Positions 13,364 through 26,490 of a DNA stretch of 64,000 nucleotides are shown piece after piece. Every line of letters begins with the position of its first letter. Within the stretch, counting starts at the first letter, position 1. A model generated the notes under the pieces. It was not told the DNA's origin. It ran no database searches and worked only from the letters and a program-made list of their open reading frames with translations. The position numbers and the translations under genes were made by a program. Source of the stretch: Octopus vulgaris (lineage: Eukaryota); assembly GCA_951406725.2 (NCBI GenBank), contig OX597822.1, positions 65,906,001 through 65,970,000 of the forward strand, in the 5' to 3' direction.

Positions 13364-13776
13364 AGGCGTAGGAGTGGCTGTGTGGTAAGTAGCTTGCTTA
13401 CCAGCCACATGGTTCCGGGTTCAGTCCCACTGCGAGGCACCTTGGGCAAGTGTGTTCTACTATAGCCTCAGGCCGACCAAAGCTTTGTGAGTGGATTTGG
13501 TAGGCGGAAACTGAAAGAAGCCCGTCGCATATATGTATATATATATGTATGTATGCATGTGTGTACATACGTTTGTGTGTCTGTGTTTGTCAACCCAACA
13601 TCGCTTGACAACCGATGCTGGTGTGTTTACGTCCCCGTAACTTAACGGTTCGGCAAAAGAGACCGATAGAATTAGTACTAGGCTTACAAAAAATAAGTCC
13701 TGGGGTCGATTTGCTCGACTAAAGTCGGTGCTCCAGCATGGCCGCAGTCAAATGACTGAAAGAAGCAAAAGAGTAA
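13364..13776 (+). mobile_element. SINE family A, full length
   Basis: tRNA-like head (TGGCTGTGTGG; GGTTCAGTCCC), CCTTGGGCAAGT, internal microsatellite and tail GTCAAATGACTGAAA. Confidence 0.9.
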
Positions 13777-14028
13777 GACATCGAATATTAAAAAATAGCT
13801 GGAAAATGCAAGCGTTTGAACAACCTTGAATATCATCTCCATCGTATTAACGACCACAAATTATCCTAGATATAAACATAAGTGGATAGCGTAGAATGCC
13901 ATCCGGTTTAATATAACTGCCTGGCTTTAGGGTGCATTTAGCTGAGTCTACTATATGGATTAAATGCCCGCTGTTTCTTCCTTTTTTTGTATGGAGGGAT
14001 GCGATACTCTCTTCCATTATACCAATAA

Positions 14029-14432
14029 ATCAACGAATCCCTCCTGGACAGAAGATAAAATGAAATATATAAGAAACTTAGGCGTCGAGATTTCTTTATA
14101 ATGATTACTTAATTAGTATATATTCATAAACAAACACAAACACATACATAATCATACATACGCATACACACAGGCGCACACATGCACACATTTATGTATA
14201 TGTATGTTCATACACATATGCGTATGAACATATATATATATATACAAGTTATGTGTGTGCGTGTGTGTGTGCGTGTGAGTATGCGTATGTTTGATTATAT
14301 CTATATTGCGTGTGTGTGTGTATGTGTGTGTGTATAAATATATACTAATTAACTTATCATAATAAAGATGTCTCGACGCCTAAGTTTCTTGTATATTTCG
14401 TTCTGTCTGCTGTCCAGGAGGGGTACATTGAT
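14029..14432. mobile_element. Foldback/MITE-like element: ~100-bp inverted repeats around a CA-rich then TG-rich spacer
   Basis: 14029-14128 pairs with 14333-14432 (CCCTCCTGGACAG...AAGAAACTTAGGCGTCGAGA...TTAATTAGTATATATT). Confidence 0.8.
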
Positions 14433-14466
14433 ATATATATATATGTATATACCGTAAATTAATATA

Positions 14467-14568
<102 letters not shown>

Positions 14569-14576
14569 TATATATC

Positions 14577-14843
14577 AGGCGCAGGAGTGGCTGTGTGGTA
14601 AGTAGCTTGTTTACCAACCACATGGTTCCGGGTTCAGTCCCACTGCGTGGTACCTTGGGCAAGTGTCTTCTACTATAGCCTCGGACCGACCAAAGCCTTT
14701 TGAGTGGATTTGGTAGAAACTGAAAGCCCGTTGTATGTATGTATATATGTGTGTGTGTGTGTTTGTGTGTCTGTGTTTGTCCCCCTAGCATTGCTTGACA
14801 ACCGATGCTGGTATGTTTATGTCCCCGTTACTTAGCTGTTCGG
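14577..14843 (+). mobile_element. SINE family A, 3' truncated
   Basis: Family A head and body, ending at a (TG)n tract. Confidence 0.85.
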
Positions 14844-15429
14844 CGTGTGTGTGTGTGTGTTGGTATATATATATATATATATACATATAAGTAAAAAAGA
14901 AATTTAACAAGAACGCAACAAACGACAATAAAACATCCGGACAAATGGACGATACGAAGACGGACAAGAAAAACAACAAAAAGACGGATCGGACAAAACA
15001 AGGACGGGCTATTCGTGGCCTTCTCTCATTAGTCTATTTTCCAAATTATCCTTACTGTTTCGGCCGGTTACACTTGACACTGTTCAAATCTGGCTGATCC
15101 CAAAAAGCTAAGGTTAGACCTTTAAATATTTTGGAAGAAAGCAAACGAATATGAACGACAAAGAAAAAAATAAACGAGAAAATGATGCCTGTTTCAATTT
15201 CATATTTCCATAATCTAAGGTAGATATAAAAATGTCAAAACACGAATAGACACACATGTACATACACTTCTTGCACACAAGGATAGGTTGCTGCACACAC
15301 GATCGGGTATATCTAAATAATAACCAGCGTTGATTTATATAAAACAATCAAAGACTACATCATTGGCGACGAAGCCAGATCGAAGCTCATTAACTAAGAA
15401 AGTAAGTAGTCTTGAGAATGTTGACTTCA

Positions 15430-15845
15430 AATTTCGCCATAAAGCTAGCGATATTAGGAAAAGTGTCAGTCGATTACATCAGCCAAAGTGCTCACCTGGG
15501 ACTTGTTTTATCGACATCGAAAGGATGAAAGTCAAAGTCTACCTCAGCGGAATTTGAACTCAAAATGAGCAGCCGGATGAAATGTCGCTAGGCACGTTGC
15601 CCTGCTAAAGATTCTGCCAGCTCGCAATTTTAAAAGAATTTCTAATTTTGGGACAAGGCCAGCAATTTTGTGGAGCGGGTAAGTCGCTTATATCGACCCT
15701 AGTACTCAAATGATATCTTTTTTATCGACAGCAAAATGATGAGAGGCTAATCTCGGCGGAATTTGACCCTTGAACGTAAAGACAGACAACTTGCCGCCAA
15801 GTACTCGACTCGACGTGCTAAAGATTCTTTACGATTGTCGTCTCA
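15430..15845 (-). mobile_element. Two diverged tandem SINE family B copies
   Basis: Two occurrences of TTTATCGAC...CTC(A/G)GCGGAATTTGA...CTAAAGATTCT. Confidence 0.65.
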
Positions 15846-16285
15846 ATAGTCTTTAAAATGTTACCAGTCACTTTGAGCCAATCATCTCTAACACATTAGA
15901 GACACTTGAAAATTAGCTTCATATTTAAAAGTTCAAGAGGTAAAAAATATGCAGACGTTCTGATAGATATTTCAACTTATAGAAAGCATAAAAAATAAAT
16001 AATGTAACTTCAAATATTAAAACAAAAAAAATAGATGAAACGTAGTTTTAAGATGAAAGAATTTTGAATTGTTGTTTTCAGAGACAAAATTTATAATTAT
16101 GAAAAAATTTATGAAATATAATTTCAAACTTATGCTTGAGATCATGTAAAATATTATTGGTGCTACTGCTTGTTATATACTTATTTTGCTCTTCTGTAAG
16201 ACATTTGTGGATTTTATTTTTCATCAATATGTCTGAGTGTGTGTGTGTTTATCTATCTATGTGTCTAAACATACATACACATACT

Positions 16286-16441
<156 letters not shown>

Positions 16442-16555
16442 TATATACATATACATATATATATATAAACAATAATAGACGTAAAAATCTTTTTTAAAAA
16501 TTGTTTATCAGTGGGCAGCATATAAAATGAAACCGATTAAGATGATAATGATATA

Positions 16556-16974
16556 AGTGGCTGTGTGGTAAGTAGGTTGCTAACCAACCACATGGTTCCG
16601 GGTTCAGTCCCACTGCGTGGCATCTTGGGCAAGTGTCTTCTACTATAGCCCCGAGCCTACAAATGCCTTGTGAGTGGATTTGGTAGACGGAAACTGAAAG
16701 AAGCCTGTCGTATATGTGTATATATATATATATGTGTGTGTATGTGTTTGTATGTCTGTGTTTGTCCCCCTAGCATTGCTTGACAACCGATGCCGGTGTG
16801 TTTACGTCCCCGTAACTTAGCGGTTCAGCAAAAGAGACCGATAGAATAAGTACTGGGCTTACAAAGAATAAGTCCCGGGGTCGATTTACTCGACTAAAAG
16901 GCGGTGCTCCAGCATAGCCGCAGTCAAATGACTGAAACAAGTAAAAGAGAATAGAGAGTAAAGAGAGAGAGAGT
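16556..16974 (+). mobile_element. SINE family A
   Basis: Highly similar to 13364-13776. Confidence 0.9.
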
Positions 16975-17368
16975 AATAAATTTTGCTTTGGCAGAATGAT
17001 GCTAATAGTATTGTGTTGGGACTCGTTATACTTATACTGTTGAATAAAGCGTTAGTCGAATTACGGAACGTAATATAAAATTATATAAATGACAAGGGAA
17101 TAGAAATTACGTACTCACCTTCATCATCTTACACTTGTTTCAGTGATGAAGCGCAGTGACTTCAGCTCCGAAATAACCTAGACCATAGCAGAAACAAATA
17201 TAAGCTATTGAATTTGTTTTTGTAATTTCTGTTTCTTTGTCACATTTAGTAATTATATGTACATAATAAAGGGTAAAATTGATTAATCAATTAATAATTA
17301 ATAATTCTACCAAGTAGTTCGGTAGGTTAAAAGAACCATCATCGGTAAACTTATACAAAAATTTTATT

Positions 17369-17610
17369 ATTATAAGCATAATTATAATTAGGGTTCAGCA
17401 AAATTTGCTTCCCCATGTACCGAAATTTAGAAATAGCAGTTGAAATACCATTCTGCTACCATAAGATATATCCCAGACCGGGAGATATCTTATAGGAGAT
17501 ATCTGGGAGATATGTTATGGTAGTAGAATGGTATTTCAACTGCTATTTCTAATTTTCGGTATGTGGTGAAGCAAATTTTGTTGAACCCTAATTATAATTA
17601 TGCTCATAAT
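17369..17610. repeat. Long inverted repeat (~109-bp arms, 24-nt spacer) ending at (TA)n
   Basis: 17369-17477 is the near-perfect reverse complement of 17502-17610. Confidence 0.9.
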
Positions 17611-17614
17611 TATA

Positions 17615-17660
<46 letters not shown>

Positions 17661-17967
17661 CAAAGCTAAATAGAAACGTATTTATTGATTATACATATTA
17701 ACTTTACCGAATATCCCACAGACATACAGGTTAATTATGAAAACAATTCTCATAGAGGAGCATGACACTCTAAGAGACGAAAGGAAAGGCATGCGCACAT
17801 CACAAATATTACAAGAGTGTCATCGATCACGGGTAACTCTAACCTATAAAGGACGCTCACGAAGACAATTAGAACTACGGTCAAAATACGAATCTGATGA
17901 TGTCGAACATTCATACAGAAGCTCTCATAAAATGATGTGGTTTAGAAGCCGACAACACTGTTGGCAC

Positions 17968-18382
17968 TTATTTCTTTACTGCCCACAAGGGGCTAAATAT
18001 AGAGGAAACAAACAAGGAGAGACAAACGGATTAAGTCGATTATAACGACCCCAGTGCGTAACTGGTACTTATTTAACCGACCCCGAAAGGATGAAAGGCA
18101 AATTTGACCTCGGCGGAATTTGAACTCAGAACGTAATGGCAGACGAAATACCTATTTCTTTACTACCCACAAGGGGCTAAACACAGAGAGAACAAACAAG
18201 GACAAACAAATGGATTAAGTCGATTATATAGACCCCAGTGTATAACTGGTACTTATTTAATCGATCCCGAAAGGATGAAAGACAAAGTCGACTTTGGCAG
18301 AATTTAAACTCAGAAAATAGCAGCAGACGAAATACCGCTAAGCATTTCGCCCGGCGTGCTAAAGATTCTGCCAGCTCACCGC
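17968..18382 (-). mobile_element. SINE family B dimer
   Basis: Two ~184-bp units; the head is at the right end. Confidence 0.85.
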
Positions 18383-18842
18383 ATTTTTACTGTTGGCATT
18401 TGAACTGTTGTGAATGTGTATGTGTGTATGTGCGCACGCATGTGTATGTGTGTACATTTCTGTCGGTGTTGATTGGAAAATCCCAGCGGATAGTGACATC
18501 TTTACCTTCAACGACTGGCTCAGGATGATCTTCATACCAGTAAACAGGAGTGCTGATTTCTAGTGTAAATAGTGTCACACGTTATCGTGGCGATATTTGT
18601 ATTCCCTTGGTGTCATCACAGAATCTGCATTTAGAGTCAGCCTGGTAGTTTTTTTGTATCCAAGCTTTGATCTTGTTCCGCCAATATGAAACCTTCTGTC
18701 TCTGCTTTCAGTCCAGAGCTTCTCAGCCACTGATGGGTTATTGCTTGGTCTACATCACTATTTCTGCTTCGAAGTATATATACTGTCCATGCAGAGCATT
18801 CTGGCTCCACCACACCTCAATTTGTTTCTGCTCCTTCTTTTT

Positions 18843-18941
<99 letters not shown>

Positions 18942-18993
18942 GTTGTTGTTGTTGTTATTATTATTATTATTGTTGTTGTTGTTGTTGTTGTTG

Positions 18994-19024
<31 letters not shown>

Positions 19025-19026
19025 AA
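18843..19026. repeat. Compound (TCA)n(TTA)n(TTG)n microsatellite
   Basis: Seen directly in the sequence. Confidence 0.95.
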
Positions 19027-20031
19027 TAGCAAAAAAAAAAGATAGAGGATTTTCAACGAGGTTACACTTTTTGGACATGTAATGTAGTGGAACGCGTGTT
19101 GAGTAATGAAGCGATGACAACTATTATTAATATTATTATTACTTTTTAAAGAAACCCCAAAAACTGCAGATATATTTGTCCGGTGAAGTGGCGATGCGTC
19201 TTCCTGATTTTCTGAATGTCGAAATATTTCCGAGCTCATTTGCTTTTAATAGTCATCCTATCCCCGATAAAAATATTAGTATCTCAATAAGATATAAAAC
19301 TAATCTTTATAAAGACATTAATTAATGGACCACATAAAAGCAGTACAAAGATGAAACACTAAAGATATCTACAAACAAAACAAGATTGTCGGTTACAGAG
19401 GGGCAAAATGGTGAGATTACCAATAGTAAAAAAAAAAATAAAGCATATTAATGAAGAGATAGCAACAAATGATAATTGAGGGTAAAGATAACACGGAAGG
19501 ATTCCCCTAAAGAGGCTGAGGATAGGAAGAAATTAGGGGGATCTACACACTAACACAGACAACTATTTGCCTTCTACTTCTTGCCACAGGCCTTCAGATA
19601 CCGAGATAGAGCAGGCCTATTTTATCGCGCCAATTGAACCACACTTCTAATCTTGAAATTTCCTGAAGAGCAACACACTTTGCCTTCTAGCCTCGTATTC
19701 TGCTTGAAGTGGTACTTAAAGATGTTGACAGCATGGTGTGATAAAAAATATGGGTCCTTGAATATTTCTGTTGTGACTGACTGCTGCAAACTTACTTTGT
19801 CCAAAGCAAAGAATAAACGGCTAAGTGCTATTTCTTGCCAAATGAAGTAGACGGGACGCTCTTCAAGATAACTTGATTAATATTTGTTTTCTTCATGCAA
19901 AGGATAGCCGTAGTTTCTTATATATGATGACATTCAGAACAATCATCGTTGCTCATACCTTTCCGTAATGTTTTATCATATGCGAGGCTTCACATTACAT
20001 CCAGCATATTGCACAAGTGGTAGACCCCGAA

Positions 20032-20583
20032 AAGACGACGAGCTTATCCGTATTGCGTCTGCCGTTACGTTCTAAGTTCAAATTCCGCCGAGGTCGACTT
20101 TACCTTTCATCATTTTAGGCTCGATAAATTAAGTACCAGTTACGTACTGGGCTCGATGTAATCGACTTAATCCCTTTGTCTGTCCTTGTTTGTCCCCTCT
20201 GCGTTTAGCCCCTTGTGGGTAGTAAAGAAATAAGTATTTCGTCTGCCGTTACGTTCTGAGTTCAAATTTCACCGAGGTCGACTTTGCCTTTCATGGATTC
20301 GGGGTCGATAAATTAAGTACCAGTTACGCACTGCGGTCGATATAATCGACTCAATCCGTCTGTATGTCCTTGTTTGTCGCCTCTGTGTTTAGCCCCTTGT
20401 GGGTAGTAAAGAAATAGGTATTTCGTCTGTCTTTAAGTTCTGAGTTCTAATTTTGCCGAGGTCAACTTTGTCTTTCATCCTTTCGGGGTCGATAAATTAA
20501 GTACCAGTTGCGTACTGGGGTCGATAGAATCGACTGCCCCCCTCCCTAAAAGTTTTCCGGCCTTATGCCTAGAGTAGAAAAGA
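20032..20583 (+). mobile_element. SINE family B trimer with target-site duplication
   Basis: Units start at 20050, 20234 and 20418 (184-bp period). Flanked by AAGTG(G/A)TAGACCCCGAA at 20015-20031 and 20584-20600. Confidence 0.88.
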
Positions 20584-21479
20584 AAGTGATAGACCCCGAA
20601 CATTTCAATAGCAGATGCTGGGGACTCAGCCTAGTTCAACTTTTGTTACCATTTTTGTTGCTCTCGTTTTCACTGTTTGATGATTTAACTGCCGATGCTG
20701 CTGTTGCAGCTCTATTATTGAACTTCGATCCCCTTAGAAGATTGGTGATTACAGCGTCGTTATCAAACTCACCGCTAGGTTCCAAGATGACCGTGACAGT
20801 GATAGGTGCTCAATTATTTACTTCCTCGGAAAGAATAGGAACAACAAAGAAGGCTGTTAATGTACTGAAGTATTCGTTAATAAACGGGGTCAGAATGTCA
20901 ACATACTGATTAAGGCATGTGCTCAATATACTCCTGCTTAAATCTAGATTAGCCATTTTAATATGATCTTTATCAAGATATTTACCTCTCTAGAAAAGTT
21001 TTCGAAGTTCATCTCAACTTTTAAATTCACTACCATGAAATCGAAATTTTCGGAAATAGAGAACGACAGACCCATGCAGGAGTAATATCAGTAGTTTATC
21101 GATACTTCTCATCCATCACAAACCAGCAGGTTTTTTATCTGTCAAGTGCTGCATCAGTCTCTGGCCTGAGATATCCGTTTTGAATATCAAATTGGAAAAG
21201 GTTGCTAGCCTGTTGCTAGTGTTACTCAGAACATGATGAAAGGAAACAGACTCTGAAATGTTGAGTGCAAGTGACATGGGTCTATATCTCTTCGCTGGAA
21301 CACTATTCTGTCTGTTATGCCTTGTTCCAGGAAGCATCAGATCAGATTGGAGCGTATGTTTTTGTCAAATGGTTTGGAAGGAAGAGATACATCTCAGCAG
21401 GAAATTATACGTTTTCAAAACCCACGTCTTAGGGAAGTCAGAGTTACCTTCATTGATGACGGAATCGTGCAAATACAAA

Positions 21480-22650
21480 CATAACCGGGTTAATCGAAAA
21501 AATATATCCAGTAGTCGCTGTATTTACACTACAGTAAACGTTATCCGAAGAGATTATCCATGAAGTAATCCTAAAACCCATGGAAACGGTAAAGAACACA
21601 TGTCTACAACAGAATAATGCAAGAAGCATGAGACAAACGACATCTGAAGGCTAAATCAAATCAATAACAGGGCTCACACAAGTTTATAAGGCCATGGGAT
21701 CGGAGAGAATACGTCTTATCCTGCATCAGATTGCTGAAGGCACGCTGCCCAACGTCGTGTTCACTAGTGAAAAGAAATTTGACATAAAAAAAGACAGTAA
21801 TCAACAAAAATGACCGACTTTGGAGTGTATCTGGGTCCGTCGGGGGTTGACAGTCAGTTATCGTTTGGGCGGCTGTGACAGCCACTGGAAGGTCTCACCT
21901 CGTTTTTGTGCCCTCGGGTGTTAAAATTTACACCTAGTGATAAATTAGCGACAATATGGAAGTTGAACTGCTTCCATGGGCAAATGAACACTTTCACGAT
22001 GCACCTTAGAGCCTCCAACTGGACTCGGTACCATCCCGCAGCTCCGGATTCAAGAAAACATTCTGTGTTCATACGCAAGGATGTATGACCCTCAAGAAGC
22101 CCCGATCTCAATCTGTTAGCTTTTTCTATTTGGTCCATTTTGGAGATACAAGAAGAATGAAACAAAAGATCTCTGAAGGCTAAATGTAATCAAGAATCAG
22201 GCTTCACACAAGGTTAAAAGGCCGTGAGACTGGAGAGAAGACAGTCCTGTCCTGCGTCAGATTGCTGAAGGCACGCTGTCCAACCTGGTGTTCACGAGTG
22301 AAAAGAAATTTGACATGAAACAGACAGTAAACAACCACAATGACCGACTTTGGAGTGTATCTGGGTCCATCAGGAGTTGACTCGTCGAGGGTAGGTAGTC
22401 AGTATCTCGAGCACTCCTTATGCTTCACTCAACACTCTGAAGATAAAACTGCTCCAGGAACGGGATTCGATTCCACATGAACAGCTCCGTGTCACATGTG
22501 AAGCATGTATTCAAATTGAATACATGTGGTAGTGTAATAGGTATGTTTCCTTTACAATCGCATTGCAACAATCAGATCCGAAATATAACAATATTTTGCT
22601 TTGGCAAAATTGTAAAAATTTGGTTGCCTTAATTTTGGGACATTCTATAT
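21480..22650 (+). mobile_element. Degenerate Tc1/mariner-superfamily transposon (DD37D/maT-like) with an internal duplication
   Basis: Motif remnants VVFTSEKKFDI...NDRLW, SVIVWAAVTATGRS and PSRSPDLNL.AFSIWSILE. 21621-21851 is repeated at 22150-22381. Confidence 0.75.
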
Positions 22651-22842
22651 GCCAAGCCGCCATTAAAATGGAACACAATTAAAGTCTACGTATGTGTCTA
22701 GGGCACACGTAACTGTGTTCGGTGGCACAATGAGAGCAAAAATTAAAAACTAAAACTTTTAAGATGTACTTTCTGTTTTGTAAATTCGACAAGGGAGATG
22801 GTTCTAGGGACATTATTGAACTGAAACACGACACACAGAAAT

Positions 22843-23272
22843 TGAAGAAGAAGAAGAAGAAGAAGAAGAAGAAGAAGAAGAAGAAGAAGAAGAAGAAGAA
22901 GAAGAAGAAGAAGAAGGGAGGAGGAGGATAAGAAGACGAAGAAGAAGAAGAAGAAGAAGAAGGGGAGGAGTAGGATAAGAAGACGAAGAAGTAGAAGGAG
23001 AAGGAGAAGAAGTAGAAGAAGACGATGGAGGAGGGGAGGAGAAGCAGAAGAAGAAGAAGGAGAAGATGATGGAGGAGGGGAGGAGAAAAGAGAAGAAGAA
23101 GAAGAAGAAGAAGAAGAAGAAGAAGAAGGAGAAGGAGAAGAAGGAGAAGGAGAAGAAGAAGAAGAAGAAGAAGAAGAAGGAGAAGGAGAAGAAGAAGAAG
23201 AAGAAGAAGAAGAAGAAGAAGAAGAAGAAGAAGAAGAAGAAGAAGAAGAGGAGGAGGAGAAGGAGAAGATAA
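22843..23272. repeat. (GAA)n/(GGA)n polypurine tract, ~430 bp
   Basis: Seen directly in the sequence. Confidence 0.95.
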
Positions 23273-24009
23273 AGAAGTAATATATACAAAATAGATATAG
23301 AAAGAAGAGATGAATGAGCTGAAAGGTTGCAAAAAAGTCAGATAAATAAATAAATGGAAGAAATGGAAGAAAAAGGGTTGAATGAATTATTATGTGTGTT
23401 GTTTGTGCGGGAAGAGAATATGAAACGGCCATTCTTTCTCTCTATATTTCTATTCTTTCGTAATAATAAAAAAAAAAAAGAAAGGCTCCTACCCACCTTC
23501 AGACCTGTTTTTCTTATTTCGTCTCATAATTATGCTCTGACAACAGCATGTAGTAGGAAGAGGAAGACTTGATTAAAGGGTGGGAGTAAAGAATAACAAC
23601 AACAACTACAACCACAACGACAAGAAAAAGGGCAACAAAAGATGTAAGGGGTAAAATGATGTATAAAGAAAAGAAAAGATCGTTGGTATAGAAAAAGTGA
23701 AAGGCAGAGTGGGAAGAAATGGTGATGGTTTTTGAAGGAGTTTATGAAAATTTGGAAGTAGGAGCAAAGAGAGAGAGAGAGAGAGCTGGATAGAGGGAGT
23801 TTGTGGTTTTGGAATACAAGGGGAGAGAGAGGGAAATATTGTTGTTCTGGGAGCGAAAGGGAAGGAGGGAAAAAGAAATAGTTCGAGTGTGTATAGGGTG
23901 TAAAAAGAGTGAGATAGAGAAGCCTGTGAATCAGAGAAGGAGGAAATAAAATGCGAGTAAAATGACAAAATAGAGCGCGGAGGAACAGAAAAGATGGAGA
24001 GGAATCTAA

Positions 24010-24025
24010 GAAATGAGAGAGAGAG

Positions 24026-24056
<31 letters not shown>

Positions 24057-24281
24057 GAGGGTGAGAGTGACGGGCAAGGAAAGAGGAATAGAAAGACAGG
24101 AGGGGGGGAAATGGTTGAGAGGGACGTGTAAGAATACTCTAGAGGCAGAAGAAAAGAAAATTAACAACTGAGCAACGTTGAGTGATACACAAAAGGCTGT
24201 GAGTGAATGAATGAATAAACAAAAACATAAAGAAATAATAATCGTAATAACACAAAATGAGAAGGATAGGAGGACACACAG

Positions 24282-24323
<42 letters not shown>

Positions 24324-24405
24324 TGTATATATATACATATATGTATGTATGTATGTATGTATGTATATGTGTGTGTATGAATATATATGTATGTATATGT
24401 GTGTG

Positions 24406-24446
<41 letters not shown>

Positions 24447-24680
24447 CATATATGTATGTATGTAATATATGTATATCTGTGTGTATGTTTGCGTATAGTT
24501 AGATCGATAGATAGACATAAATATAGATAGGTGTACTGATTATGAGATAGAAAGATGAATTAGTATATAGATAGGCAGGAAATTGTTTGTTAGTTAGTTC
24601 AAAGAGAGACGTAGACAGACCGACAGATAGGCTGAGAGTGAGAAATAGATAGACAGACAGATAGATAGATAGGTAGATAA

Positions 24681-24743
<63 letters not shown>

Positions 24744-24830
24744 TATAGATAGATAGATAAAGAGTGAATGAGAGAGAGAGAGCAAGGGAAAGAGTGTGTG
24801 TGTGTGCTTGCATGTGTGTGCATGAGGGAG
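24010..24830. repeat. Cluster of (GA)n, (TA)n, (TATG)n and (GATA)n microsatellites
   Basis: Seen directly in the sequence. Confidence 0.9.
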
Positions 24831-25619
24831 AGAGAGATTGAAGGATATGGGAAAATGAGAAAATAGCGAGAGATCTACAGAAATTAAAAGCGAATGAAAA
24901 GAGAGAGAGAACGATGGAGGGAAACAGAGAAGGGGTTGATTACGTGAGAGTGGGTGGGTATTTATGTGTCCCACTGAAGGGCTATGGAAAGACAATGGTA
25001 CAAACAAAAGTTAAATAATTTCTAGTTTAAAAAAAGAGAAAATAATAGTTTAAGAGAACGAAAGAGTAAGACTCGGGATACCAAGTGACGAATGGGTTAG
25101 ATAAACATACTAGAGTGGTAAAGGTGGTGTTGTTAATGATGGTCGAACTGACGATGATGATGATGATGATAATGATGATGGCAATAGTTATATTAGTGAT
25201 GATGGTAGTTCATGAATGTGAAGATGAGAAATAAAGAAAGAATACAAGAAGAAAAACAATAAAAAGGAACGGAATGAAATAAGAAAACGAAGCGGAAAGA
25301 ATAGTCCGTGGTGGTTATATGTCTCTCAAGGGACAAAGTATGCATTGTCTCTGGGCTGCTTAATTGTCGTGAGTAACGAAGCGTTAATGTAACTTGTATA
25401 GGTAACCTCTGACCTTGCAGCTATTGGCTTCGTGCATGAGGCAGGGAAAAGCAGCAGAGGATGTAGTGAAGTGTACGTGAGTATGTAAGTGTATTTATTG
25501 GTTAGTGAGAGGGGAGTTTGATATCTGTCTGTGCGTAAGAGCGAGGTGCGGTGAATTTTGTGTCAGGAACGATGGTCTAAATAGTTATTAGCTTCATCTA
25601 CGAAAGTGTTAAGCTATTA

Positions 25620-25711
<92 letters not shown>

Positions 25712-26490
25712 TTGTGTATATACGGATGCAAGAATAGATATGAATAGTTTTATGTATAACTGTACATATGCATGTGTATATACGGATGCAAAAATATGTG
25801 AATATTTTTATGCATAAGTGTATGTGTGAGTGTATGTATGTTTGTATGTGTATGCATACGGATGGAACATTTTGTGAATATTTTTATGTATAATTGTATG
25901 TGCGAGTGTATATATGTTTGTGAATTCTCCCTTCGCTATTTCGTAAACGCATACAAGGGAATCAATATTGAACAGCCCGGTAGTGTGACAGTGTGTATGT
26001 ATGTATGTATGTATGTATGTATGTATGTATGTATGTATGTATGTATGTCTGTGTGTGTATGTATGTATGCATGTAGGAATGTATGTATGTATGTGTGTGT
26101 GTATGTATGTATTTATGTATGCATGCATGTAGGAATGTATGTATGTATATATGTATGAATGTATGTATGTATGTATGAATGTATATATGTATATATGTAT
26201 GTATGTATATATGTATGAATGCATGTATGTATGCATATATATATGTATGAATGTATATATGTATATATGTATGTAAGTATGTATATATGTATGTATGTAT
26301 GAATGTATGTATGTATGCATGTGTGTATATATGTATGCATGTATGAATGTATGAATATATGTATATATGAATTTATATATGTATGTGTGTATGAATGTAT
26401 GTATGTATGTATGTATATGTGAATGTTTGTATGTATGTATGCATGTATGTATATAAGTAAGTATTTACCTATATTTGTGTGTGTGTGTAG
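25620..26490. repeat. (GA)n, (TG)n and degenerate (TATG)n field
   Basis: Seen directly in the sequence. Confidence 0.9.

Noticed and set aside
17119-17177. Possible minus-strand micro-exon (CTAG acceptor, GTGAGT donor)
   Set aside because: Only splice-like motifs support it. It has no recognisable peptide or partner exons and lies next to repeat-derived DNA.
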